The notes: a model not told the origin generated them from the letters alone. Positions 8,197 through 17,282 are shown, counted from the stretch's first letter. The stretch: DNA of 32,000 nt from Promethearchaeota archaeon (GCA_030606485.1 JAUWGH010000006.1:90001-122000); one strand, 5' to 3'. Translations and numbers: made by a program.

Positions 8197-9801
8197 TTAC
8201 ATTCCAGGTGGCATACCACCAGCTCCTGGTGCTTCCATTTTTTTAGAAGATATGATATTATCAATCCTAAGAATTAAGATGGCTAATTCTGTTGCACCTT
8301 TGAACAATTGTGATTTTATTACTGTAGGTTCAATTATTCCTTTTTTAAGGTTATCGCCAATTTTTCCATCTGAAATATCTATACCAATAAATTCATTTCC
8401 CAATTTGGAATGAGCAGCACTTATTTCACCGATCACATCGATTTCATCCATCCCAGCATTCCTTACCAATGTCTTGGGAAGTTCCTCTATTGCATCAGCA
8501 TATACTTGAATAGCAATTTGTTCTTTGCCTCCTGACTTAATTGCAAAATCTCTAATCCTTTTTGAAAGTTCCATTTCAAAAGCTCCACCACCACCAACAA
8601 TGCTCTTTGTATCCATAAGTTTAGCTAAAACCTTAATTGCACTTTTAACAGCAATTTCTGCCTCATTTATGCTATGTTCTAATCCACCGCGTAATAGTAA
8701 AGTCGCTGCTTTTGGATTTTTACATTTTGTAATAAAGCTATAATCATTTTCTCCTAATTTAGTAAATTCTACTCTCCCGGCAAATCCTAAATCATCCTCA
8801 GTTAAATCATCAATCTTTTGAAGTTTTTTTGCTCCTGTAGCTTTAACAATTGCTTTAGCATCAGATGATTTTACAGATTTAATGGCAGCAATACCTACTT
8901 GACTTAAATAATTTGCGACCTTATCATCAATCGAATTCTCATTAATCACTAAATTAACTCCTAAATTAGAAAATATCTCAGCATAACCTTTCAAAATATC
9001 TGTTTCCTGGTCAACGAATTTTTGAATATCCTCAGGTTTATAAATTTGGATTTCTGCTCCAAATTCTGTTTTTTTAACTTCTAATGACATCTTTATAACT
9101 GCGATCTTGGCATCATTAATGATATCTGGCATACCTACGTTGATTTTTTCTTTTTGTATATAGATTCCATTGATTAATTCTGATTCTTGTAAGGATTTTC
9201 CTTTCTCCTTTATAATACCTATATTTTCAACGTTGTTAAAAATTTCTCCTTCATCTTTAATTATTTTAACTGCATCTAGAATTATTTTAGCGAAATACTC
9301 ACTCAAGCCAGATATACTTTTTGTATTTAATGTCGTTTTAACAGCGTTAATAAGTGATTTTTCATCATCTTCTAAAATTTCTTGTCCAATTTCTTCAAAT
9401 TCCTTTAAAGTTCTTTTTAACGCAAGATTAAAACCTTTAATTATAATCGATGGATGTACCCCTCTTTCTATTAACTCTAAAGCCCTTCTTAATAAATCAC
9501 CAGCAAATATTACAACACTTGTTGTTCCATCGCCCATCTTTTCATTTTGTACTTTTGATAAATCAACTGCCATTTTTGCGGAAGCATTCTCAATATCTAT
9601 GCCATCAAGTATAGTAAATCCATCATTAGTAATTGTAATGTCGCCCAGCGACTCCACAATCATTTTATCCATACCCTTTGGGCCATATGTTGATTTTATT
9701 GCTTCAGAAACCGCCATAACGGCATTAACATTTGCTTTTAAAGCATTTCTTTTGCCAGATTCTTCAGTTCCTTCTCTTACTATGATAATTGGTTGTCCCA
9801 T
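8197..9801 (-). CDS. Group II chaperonin (thermosome) subunit, divergent
   Basis: GPKGMDKM, TITNDG, GDGTTS, LLLRGG, GGGAFE, ILRIDNII and a GGMPPGM tail. Confidence 0.96.
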   Translation of the reverse strand: MGQPIIIVREGTEESGKRNALKANVNAVMAVSEAIKSTYGPKGMDKMIVESLGDITITNDGFTILDGIDIENASAKMAVDLSKVQNEKMGDGTTSVVIFAGDLLRRALELIERGVHPSIIIKGFNLALKRTLKEFEEIGQEILEDDEKSLINAVKTTLNTKSISGLSEYFAKIILDAVKIIKDEGEIFNNVENIGIIKEKGKSLQESELINGIYIQKEKINVGMPDIINDAKIAVIKMSLEVKKTEFGAEIQIYKPEDIQKFVDQETDILKGYAEIFSNLGVNLVINENSIDDKVANYLSQVGIAAIKSVKSSDAKAIVKATGAKKLQKIDDLTEDDLGFAGRVEFTKLGENDYSFITKCKNPKAATLLLRGGLEHSINEAEIAVKSAIKVLAKLMDTKSIVGGGGAFEMELSKRIRDFAIKSGGKEQIAIQVYADAIEELPKTLVRNAGMDEIDVIGEISAAHSKLGNEFIGIDISDGKIGDNLKKGIIEPTVIKSQLFKGATELAILILRIDNIISSKKMEAPGAGGMPPGM

Positions 9802-9909
9802 TTTTTTTTAATTCCTCTAAAATTTTTAATCTAATTTTATACATATCTTTGTAATTATTTTTAATATCTAAAATGCACTTTAAATTAAAAATTTTTTGTC
9901 GATAAGAAT

Positions 9910-9949
9910 TTAAAACTTATCTTTCAAAAAAAAGTAGATAAGTTTTAAT
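9910..9949. promoter_or_regulatory. 13-bp perfect inverted repeat upstream of the thermosome gene
   Basis: TTAAAACTTATCT (9910-9922), 14-nt spacer, AGATAAGTTTTAA (9937-9949); an additional GATAAG lies at 9901-9906. Confidence 0.55.
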
Positions 9950-10052
9950 TTTAATCTTAAACTGATTGATTTCTGGGTAAATATGGAAGCTTTTTGCTTA
10001 AAAAATGATAAAAATGAAAAAAAAGTTTATATTCTTATTTAATTCTGAAATT

Positions 10053-10619
10053 TTAGTCAGTTGTCCAGTCATAAGGTTTAGGACCCATGAAAATTAATAA
10101 TACTGCTGGAATTAGAATTGGCAGACCGCCCCACAAATTTCCAAGTATCTCTATTATTATTCCCCAAATTAACATCCACGGAATTCTTAAATTTCCGAGT
10201 GTCAAGACATCATTTAGCAGATAATCCCAATCCTTGGCAGCACATTTATTTGAAAATCTTGGTTTTACAATGATGATAGCGAGTATTATTACAGCTATTC
10301 CGCTAATAATATTCCATATATCAAATGGGGATACAAAAGTAAAAGGAGGAGGGAATGATAATCCTACTATTAACCCATAAATCCCCCAAAAGAGGTAGAT
10401 CAGTCCATTTATAATTACAATTACCCATGCCCATTTCCCAAGAATAGTAACAAATGATTCTATATTCTCCCAATTGGGATTACCTTCACCAATGGAAGCT
10501 TTTTGGGTCTTTTCTTTTTGTATTACAGTTTGCGATGTATCATATCCACATTTTTCACATATTTTATTTCCGCTTAAATCCGCTCCACATTCAGGACAGA
10601 ATTTTGGTGTTTTTGCCAT
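10053..10619 (-). CDS. Zinc-ribbon membrane protein of unknown function
   Basis: N-terminal FCPECG-x8-CEKCG followed by about 3-4 hydrophobic segments. ATG 10619 preferred to GTG 10628. Confidence 0.8.
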   Translation of the reverse strand: MAKTPKFCPECGADLSGNKICEKCGYDTSQTVIQKEKTQKASIGEGNPNWENIESFVTILGKWAWVIVIINGLIYLFWGIYGLIVGLSFPPPFTFVSPFDIWNIISGIAVIILAIIIVKPRFSNKCAAKDWDYLLNDVLTLGNLRIPWMLIWGIIIEILGNLWGGLPILIPAVLLIFMGPKPYDWTTD

Positions 10620-10808
10620 TGATTTCACGATTTTTTTTTAAATTTATTTGAAATATAATAACCAAATAAAATATTAAAACATTATAACATTCTGATATTT
10701 AGCTTTTTTGAACTTGGGTCTATTTTAAAATAAATTTTTAGATTTAATGATTATACCGAAAAAAAGGAAATTTCTGCCATTAGATTAATTTTATTTTATA
10801 TCAAATAA

Positions 10809-11261
10809 TTATAATAAAACATCCGACGAATTTTTATATTCTCTAAGCACCATATTTGAAACTGTGCGAAGAATATGTTTTTCTTTATTTAAATCCTGAA
10901 TAAAATTTTGAACATCTTCTAAATTTTCGAATCGACAAATTAAAGCAGCACTTTGTTCTCCGGTAATATGAAAACAAGATAATATCTCTTTTCTATCTTT
11001 TAATTCCTCAAGCACTTCAGCAGAATGTTTTCCATCAATTCTGAGAAGAATTATAAAACAAAGATTATAACCTAATTTTTCATTATTTATGTTAACAGTA
11101 AATCCATTAATTATTTCCATTTTTTTTAATTTTGAAATCCGATTGTGTACTGTCCCAATTGAAACTCCTAAGTCATTAGCAATCTCTTTATATGGTCTCC
11201 TACCATCCTTTTGAAGTAATGAAATTATTTCATAATCTAAATCATCTGTTTTTACTTTCAT
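10809..11261 (-). CDS. Lrp/AsnC family transcriptional regulator
   Basis: DDLDYEIISLLQKDGRRPYKEIANDLGVSIGTVHNRISKL (HTH) and a C-terminal RAM domain (CFHITGE). Confidence 0.93.
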   Translation of the reverse strand: MKVKTDDLDYEIISLLQKDGRRPYKEIANDLGVSIGTVHNRISKLKKMEIINGFTVNINNEKLGYNLCFIILLRIDGKHSAEVLEELKDRKEILSCFHITGEQSAALICRFENLEDVQNFIQDLNKEKHILRTVSNMVLREYKNSSDVLL

Positions 11262-11588
11262 GTGATTATTTTAAAAAATAATTTGATTTTATTTCAAAAA
11301 ATATTAATATATATTTAATTGATCAGAATTATTAAAATATTCTTCAATTAATTTCTATTGAGTTAAAAAACTTAGAATAAAAAGTTAAAAATATAAAAAT
11401 TTTCAATTTTTAATACTGTCTAAATTCAATAATAAATTATATCCTTTAATAATATTTTACAACTTATATTGAAACATCAAGATAAAAATAATACAAACAA
11501 GTCTATATATATAAAAATCTAAGAGTCAAACTTATAATTAAAAATAAGGTAATAACAAATAGTTCAAATTTATATATGTGAGCAAAAA

Positions 11589-13001
11589 ATGAACAATAGT
11601 AAAATAGTTTCTGAATTAGAAAAAGTTGTTGGAGAAAAATATGTCTCAGCACAACCTGAAATACAATTTTTGTATCATTATGATTTCATTACAGCTGAAC
11701 CTGAAGGAAAATGTGATATTGCAATAATTCCAAATTCTGCAGAAGAAGTTCAAGAAATTGTCAAAATTGCTAATAAATATAAAACTCCAGTTGTTCCATG
11801 GGTTTCTGGGATAAATTTCGGTTCAATTGCTACTCCCAGAAAAGGAGGAATTGTAGTTGATTTACGGCGATTAAATCGCGTAATTGAAGTAAATGAAGAT
11901 GATATGTATGCTGTTATTGAAGGAGGAGTTACATGGGCTGATTTGAAAGGATATCTTGAAAAAAACCACCCAGATTTGAGGGCAGGAATAACTTGGTCGC
12001 CCCCTGGAACAGGAGTGGTTCCAGCATGTCTATGTTATGGAATGTTTGATCTGGGAATGCTGGGTGGTACAGGTGCTGAATTTATCAATGGAATGGAAGT
12101 TGTATTGGGGTCAGGAGATTTAATAAAAGTTGGTTCTTGCAGTCTTTCTAATTACTGGTATGGAAGACAACCCCTTCCAGATTTAGCCGGATTATTTATT
12201 GGTTGGGAAGGAACTACAGGGATTGTAACTAAAATGGCTGTAAAATTATGGCCAAAATTACCCTATCGAACTACTTATCTTGCTATAGGTGCAAAAATGA
12301 AATTTGGCGTTCCTGTAATGTTAAAACTATCGAAAGCTGGGTTAGGCATTTGTGATATTTATTTTGTAAATCTCGGGTGGCTTCAATCGGTTCAAGAATT
12401 AAATGAAAAGGATGTAATCAAAGATCCAGTAAAAAATAAAATGCCGGATTTTTTTGGACTTTTAACAACCCAAGCTTATACTGAAAAACAACATAAAGCG
12501 CAATGTGAAGCAATTGAAGCTATTTGCACGGAAAGTAAACTTAGAATGAGACCTACAGAAGAGACTCAGGCCCCAATTCAATTATGGGGTTGTTGGAATT
12601 TCGCCAGAGGAGGTGGAGGACAATGGATTGGCTCTTACTGCTCAACTCGAGACATAGTAAAATATTATGAACAATCAAGAGAAATCTGTATTAAATATGG
12701 AAGACCTCCACAATTTTATAGCAGACTTATGTTTGGTGGTCATTATTGCGTTGCTCGCACAAATATTAACTTCAATAAAAATGATCCAAATGAGATAAAA
12801 ATTGCTCGTAAACTTTTAAAAGAAATACATGATGTAGTTCAGGAATTAGATGGTGTTGTTATGTATAAACCTCCAAAATGGGCCGTTCAGACTTATCATG
12901 ACAAAACACTTCCCGCAACAAGTGATTTAATAAGAAAAATCAAGCAACTTCTGGATCCTAATAATATTATGAACCCAGGACAGGGAATTGGAGGTGATTA
13001 A
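11589..13001 (+). CDS. FAD-binding oxidoreductase, VAO/PCMH/GlcD superfamily, substrate unknown
   Basis: IIPNSAEEVQEIVKIAN, GIVVDLRRLNRVIEVN, EGGVTW, DLAGLFIGWEGTTGIVTK and C-terminal LDPNNIMNPG. Confidence 0.88.
   Translation: MNNSKIVSELEKVVGEKYVSAQPEIQFLYHYDFITAEPEGKCDIAIIPNSAEEVQEIVKIANKYKTPVVPWVSGINFGSIATPRKGGIVVDLRRLNRVIEVNEDDMYAVIEGGVTWADLKGYLEKNHPDLRAGITWSPPGTGVVPACLCYGMFDLGMLGGTGAEFINGMEVVLGSGDLIKVGSCSLSNYWYGRQPLPDLAGLFIGWEGTTGIVTKMAVKLWPKLPYRTTYLAIGAKMKFGVPVMLKLSKAGLGICDIYFVNLGWLQSVQELNEKDVIKDPVKNKMPDFFGLLTTQAYTEKQHKAQCEAIEAICTESKLRMRPTEETQAPIQLWGCWNFARGGGGQWIGSYCSTRDIVKYYEQSREICIKYGRPPQFYSRLMFGGHYCVARTNINFNKNDPNEIKIARKLLKEIHDVVQELDGVVMYKPPKWAVQTYHDKTLPATSDLIRKIKQLLDPNNIMNPGQGIGGD
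12990..12997 (+). promoter_or_regulatory. Shine-Dalgarno site for the Fe-S gene
   Basis: GGAGGTGA 5 nt before ATG 13003, overlapping the end of the upstream gene. Confidence 0.7.
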
Positions 13002-13002
13002 A

Positions 13003-14247
13003 ATGGAGAAAGAGAAAAAAATTGAATATATTAAAGAAAAAGGGATATCCAAACTCGTTTTAGAACACGAGAATCATAAACTTGAAAGAAATAAACAGTT
13101 GGAACATTATGAAGATGTTATGTATCAGTGTGGAAAATGTGGTACTTGCAGAACTATTTTTAAAGAAGCAGGTTGGGAACGCGTTTGTCCATCCGGTGAA
13201 TTTGGAGGATTTGAAGCCTTTTATCTCGGAGGAAAAAATCTTCTAACATGGGGAATAACCTCTGGTCAGATTAAATGGACTGAATATTTGGCTAAGATTT
13301 TTTATCAATGTTCAGTTTGCTTGGCTTGTACTCAACAATGTCAAATCCCAGAAATCCATCATTATGCGGGTGAATGGCTTATGGCAATGAGGGAAGAAGC
13401 TGTCCGTTTAGGTTTTGGACCCATGTCAGAACAAAAACGATATACTGAACATATCATGAAAGAAAATAATCCCTACTTAGAAAAACATGAAAATCGATTG
13501 GATTGGTTGCCATCAAACATTAAACAATCACCAGATGCAAAATTATTATATTTTGTTGGGTGTACTACCAGTTATAGAGAACAAAATGTTGCAATTGCCA
13601 CAGCCGAAATATTGAATTCATTACAGATAGAATTTAAAATTCTTAAAGATGAATATTGCTGTGGATCTCCAGTGTATATGACGGGACAAACTCAAAAAGC
13701 AAAAAAAATAGCTGAAAAAAACATAGAGATCTTTAAAGACTCTGGGATTGAGAAAATTATTACATCTTGCGCTGGATGTTATAGAACATTGAAAGATACT
13801 TACCCAAAAAAATTTGGTCTTGACCACGGAATTGAAGTTATTCACTTACCTGAATTTTTATTGGACAAATTAAATAGTGGCACATTGAAATTTAACAACC
13901 AAATCAACATGAAAATAACATATCATGATCCATGCCATATTGGACGGCATATGGGTATATATGAAACTCCAAGAGAAATTTTAAAGAAAATACCGGGAAT
14001 TGAATTAGTTGAAATGATTCGAAATAGACATAATGCTTGGTGTTGTGGTTCAGGTGGTGGGGTTCGATCAGCTTTCAAGGATTTATCTGCCTTTGCTGCA
14101 AATGAACGAATTGAAGAAGCAAAAAAAACTTCAGCTAAGGCGATTGTTTCATGTTGTCCTTTCTGTTTAAACCAATTTAAAACACATATTAAAAATAATG
14201 AAATTAAAGCTTTTGATATTTCTGAGTTGGTTAGAAAAGTAATTTAA
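13003..14247 (+). CDS. (Fe-S)-binding protein with 2x[4Fe-4S] and two CCG domains (GlcF/GlpC/HdrD family)
   Basis: CGKCGTCR..CP, CSVCLACTQQC, YFVGC, EYCCGSP, SCAGC, YHDPCHIGR, WCCGSGGG, CCPFC. Confidence 0.92.
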   Translation: MEKEKKIEYIKEKGISKLVLEHENHKLERNKQLEHYEDVMYQCGKCGTCRTIFKEAGWERVCPSGEFGGFEAFYLGGKNLLTWGITSGQIKWTEYLAKIFYQCSVCLACTQQCQIPEIHHYAGEWLMAMREEAVRLGFGPMSEQKRYTEHIMKENNPYLEKHENRLDWLPSNIKQSPDAKLLYFVGCTTSYREQNVAIATAEILNSLQIEFKILKDEYCCGSPVYMTGQTQKAKKIAEKNIEIFKDSGIEKIITSCAGCYRTLKDTYPKKFGLDHGIEVIHLPEFLLDKLNSGTLKFNNQINMKITYHDPCHIGRHMGIYETPREILKKIPGIELVEMIRNRHNAWCCGSGGGVRSAFKDLSAFAANERIEEAKKTSAKAIVSCCPFCLNQFKTHIKNNEIKAFDISELVRKVI

Positions 14248-14382
14248 TTCCTCTCAAATAAATAAAAATTTTAAAAAAATCGAGAACAAAACATTTAAAA
14301 CCAATTTTTTTATTTTTTAATACCTTCTATAAATCAATTGTTCAGATTTTTAAAAATATATAAATGAAAAGCTTGAAAAAAA

Positions 14383-15483
14383 TTGCCTGATGATTTCAGA
14401 ATTGATCCATGGGGCTCATCCGTTCTTTATGATGAAGACTACGAGAGATTAATTAAAGAATTTGGTATTCAAGAAGTTAGTTTTACGGATAAGGAAAAAA
14501 TGAGCACAAATCGGTTTTTTAGGAGAAAAATAATTTTTGGACATCGTGATTTGGATGCAATATTTAAAGCTATAGATAATAAAAAACCTTGGGCAGTCAT
14601 GTCAGGAATAAAACCTAGCGGCCCCTTTCACTTGGGTACGCTCACAACAGCATTAGAGATTGTGGAATTTCAAAAAATGGGTGCAAAAGCCTATTACTGC
14701 ATCGCGGATATCGAATCTTATGAAGATAATGGAATTTCTTATAAAGACGCTGAACCAGATGCCGTTGATAACTTAGCTGATATATTAGCTTTAGGTTTGG
14801 ATCCTGACCCAAAAAAAACCTATATTTGGCGCCAATCAGAGGAAAGAATAGTAAAGGACGTAGCGTTTAAAGTAGGAAGATTAGTAACACAAAATATGGT
14901 AAATGCTATCTATGGAGAAAAACCTTTTGGATTATATTTAGCGGCGTTGATTCAAGTTGGTGATATTGTTTTACCGCAAGTATTAGATGGACCGCAACCT
15001 ACAATTGTTCCCGTCGGAATTGATCAAGATCCTCATCTTAGACTAACCAGAGATTTAACACGACGTTATTATAAAAACTTTTTTGTGCCAGGAGCAACAT
15101 ATCACAAATTACTTCAAGGGCTTGATGGCTCTGATAAAATGGCTAAGAGAAATCCAAATAGCTATTTTGATTTCAACGAATCGCTAGAATCTATTGAAAA
15201 GAAAATAAAAGGTGCGTTTACTGGTGGGCGTAAAGATAAAAAGGAGCAAGAACAATTAGGTGGTCAACCTGACATTTGTATGATCTATAAAATTGAAATG
15301 TATCATTTTGAAGAAGATGATAAAAAATTAGAAGAAATCTATAAAAAATGCGTTTCAGGTCAATTAATGTGTGGAGATCATAAGAACCACTGCGTGGAGA
15401 AAGTTTTGAAATTTATTAAAGAACATAGAAAAAAGAAAGAAAAATTAATTGACAGAGCGAGAATGCTTTTAAATATAGAATAA
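14383..15483 (+). CDS. trpS: Tryptophanyl-tRNA synthetase (archaeal type)
   Basis: IDPWG, GHRD, SGIKPSGPFHLG, VPVGIDQDPHLRLTRD, AFTGGR, CGDHK; TTG start. Confidence 0.95.
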   Translation: MPDDFRIDPWGSSVLYDEDYERLIKEFGIQEVSFTDKEKMSTNRFFRRKIIFGHRDLDAIFKAIDNKKPWAVMSGIKPSGPFHLGTLTTALEIVEFQKMGAKAYYCIADIESYEDNGISYKDAEPDAVDNLADILALGLDPDPKKTYIWRQSEERIVKDVAFKVGRLVTQNMVNAIYGEKPFGLYLAALIQVGDIVLPQVLDGPQPTIVPVGIDQDPHLRLTRDLTRRYYKNFFVPGATYHKLLQGLDGSDKMAKRNPNSYFDFNESLESIEKKIKGAFTGGRKDKKEQEQLGGQPDICMIYKIEMYHFEEDDKKLEEIYKKCVSGQLMCGDHKNHCVEKVLKFIKEHRKKKEKLIDRARMLLNIE

Positions 15484-15491
15484 ATAATTAA

Positions 15492-16427
15492 TTATATAAT
15501 CTCTTTTAAAATTGCAATAGTTTCATCCTTTAAATTTACAAATTCTTCTTCAAACTTATCTTTTGAATCTCTATCAAAAAGGCTTGATATGAAAAAATTC
15601 TCATTCCCCACTTCGATTCTATGTAAATAGGAAATAATATTCCCCTCCATTTCTGTAAGTTCGTTCATTAAAGTGTTTTCCTCTTCCATTCTTTTCAATA
15701 AAAAGAGATGTTCTCTAATATCTTCTAAAAACTCAATATACATATCTGAATTGATATTTTCACTATAAAATTCACTTATAATTATTCCATTTTTATCAAA
15801 AAGAATAAGTGATAAACAATTTAAAATCCCTATATATTTTTCTAATAACTCTGATAACTCAAAAAACTTCTCGTCAAACAGAGAGAGTCCATATGAAACC
15901 AATTGCACTATTGATATGATATCATAAATCGATGTTTGTTGGAATAAAATCTTTAAATCAGGAAAATCATCTGCAATCTTTTGTTTTAATTCCATAACCC
16001 AATTTATTAATTTATCATCAATTCTTAAGTCGGGATCGAATTTATGAAAGGTTACAATTACAGGAACGTCCATATCATTATCTGAAAAAAATTCTAGAAT
16101 CTCACTTAAATATTCTAGTGATTGTGGGATTCTTGGTTTATCCTGAATATCTATTAAATAAACTAGTAAATCAGTATCTGCAAAATAAAATTCCGCTTTC
16201 GCCTTATATAGTTCACGATACTGACTCTGACCACCCATATCCCAAAATTTTACGTCATTTCCTAAAAATTTTGTGCTCTGATAATTTACTTTTATTGTGG
16301 GTTTTAATTCCGAAATTTCCTTTTCAAAATTATATTTTCTCTCTAAAGCGGTAAGTATACTCGTCTTACCCGCATTGTCCAAGCCTGAAAAAATGATTTT
16401 AACAAAATTATCTTTGCTTTCACTCAA
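15492..16427 (-). CDS. Ras-superfamily small GTPase (Rag/Arf-like) fused to a C-terminal roadblock/longin-like domain
   Basis: G1 GLDNAGKTS, G2 PT, G3 WDMGGQ, G4 HKFD, G5 TSIYD, then about 130 aa C-terminal domain (LSLILFDKNGIIISEF). TTG start with GAGGT 8 nt upstream. Confidence 0.9.
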   Translation of the reverse strand: MSESKDNFVKIIFSGLDNAGKTSILTALERKYNFEKEISELKPTIKVNYQSTKFLGNDVKFWDMGGQSQYRELYKAKAEFYFADTDLLVYLIDIQDKPRIPQSLEYLSEILEFFSDNDMDVPVIVTFHKFDPDLRIDDKLINWVMELKQKIADDFPDLKILFQQTSIYDIISIVQLVSYGLSLFDEKFFELSELLEKYIGILNCLSLILFDKNGIIISEFYSENINSDMYIEFLEDIREHLFLLKRMEEENTLMNELTEMEGNIISYLHRIEVGNENFFISSLFDRDSKDKFEEEFVNLKDETIAILKEII

Positions 16428-16515
16428 AATATTTTACCTCTAAAATAATAATCGAGATTTAAATCATATATAAAAAAATTGGCTTATATTATTATCATTT
16501 TATATAATGCTTCTC

Positions 16516-16863
16516 TTAATCATATTCATCTATATTAAAGTCATTAACAATTTTAATCCTTTCATCAATTCCAAAAACAATCGCCATTAACTTTTCACTC
16601 TCGGGGTCTGGGTCTTCCATAACAAAATAAAACTCTTTATCTCTAATATTAATGCCGATTTCCATATCCCCGCACCTTTCTGGTAATATTTTTGCAACCT
16701 CTGGAGTAGCCTTCTCTTTTAATATCTCATAAACATCATCTTCAGTCTTGCTTTGTTCCATCCTAAGCTTTTTTATCTCAGTCATTTCGAGCGACCCTAA
16801 TTTCTCTCCTACTTTTATATTAAGATCTTTCCAGAAATTAAATAACTCCTTAATTTTATTCAT
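16516..16863 (-). CDS. Hypothetical protein
   Basis: 115-aa ATG ORF that fills an otherwise empty gap and has protein-like composition; no family recognised. Confidence 0.7.
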   Translation of the reverse strand: MNKIKELFNFWKDLNIKVGEKLGSLEMTEIKKLRMEQSKTEDDVYEILKEKATPEVAKILPERCGDMEIGINIRDKEFYFVMEDPDPESEKLMAIVFGIDERIKIVNDFNIDEYD

Positions 16864-17037
16864 AAATAATTTGTCTTTTTCATGGTATTTTTAATTTTTT
16901 ATTTATATCGTAATATCCCGATAACATAACGTATTATGTGCAAGACATCCAAATATTTTGTTCTTTTATAAATAGAGTTGAGAAATGTTCTATAACTCAA
17001 AATAGAATAAGTAAAAAAAAATAAAAGGTGGTTATGG

Positions 17038-17253
17038 GTGAGTTATTCTATAAATAGCTTTTTAGAATCATTACAATATCAAATTTTTTCAATGAAAAAT
17101 GTACTCGTTAAAGACAATTCTTATAAAAGTCAATTAGAAAGAATGAAGAAAAGTGTTCAAGAAATAGGTGAAAGTCTGGAATTAATCAGACGTCGAAGTG
17201 ATTTTAGGTTAGTCATGGCAGAATTAACTAAAATGATCGAAAAAATTAAATAA
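17038..17253 (+). CDS. Small helical hypothetical protein
   Basis: 71-aa GTG ORF with AGGTG upstream and an oligo-T tract after the stop; amphipathic helical pattern. Confidence 0.55.
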   Translation: MSYSINSFLESLQYQIFSMKNVLVKDNSYKSQLERMKKSVQEIGESLELIRRRSDFRLVMAELTKMIEKIK

Positions 17254-17282
17254 TTTTTTTTTTCCATTATAGAGAAAATTAG

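Noticed and set aside
8525-9811. Plus-strand ORFs of 72 and 213 aa opposite the thermosome gene
   Set aside because: They are antisense shadows of a conserved gene, Ser/Ile/Phe-rich with no motifs. The same applies to the other short track ORFs lying inside assigned genes.
15136-15150. KMAKR in place of the KMSKS motif in TrpRS
   Set aside because: This motif varies among archaeal/eukaryotic-type TrpRS, and the other motifs are intact.
17034-17057. Short ORF MGELFYK* overlapping the 17038 gene, as a possible leader peptide or frameshift
   Set aside because: Only 7 codons, expected by chance; the AGGTG spacing fits GTG 17038 better.
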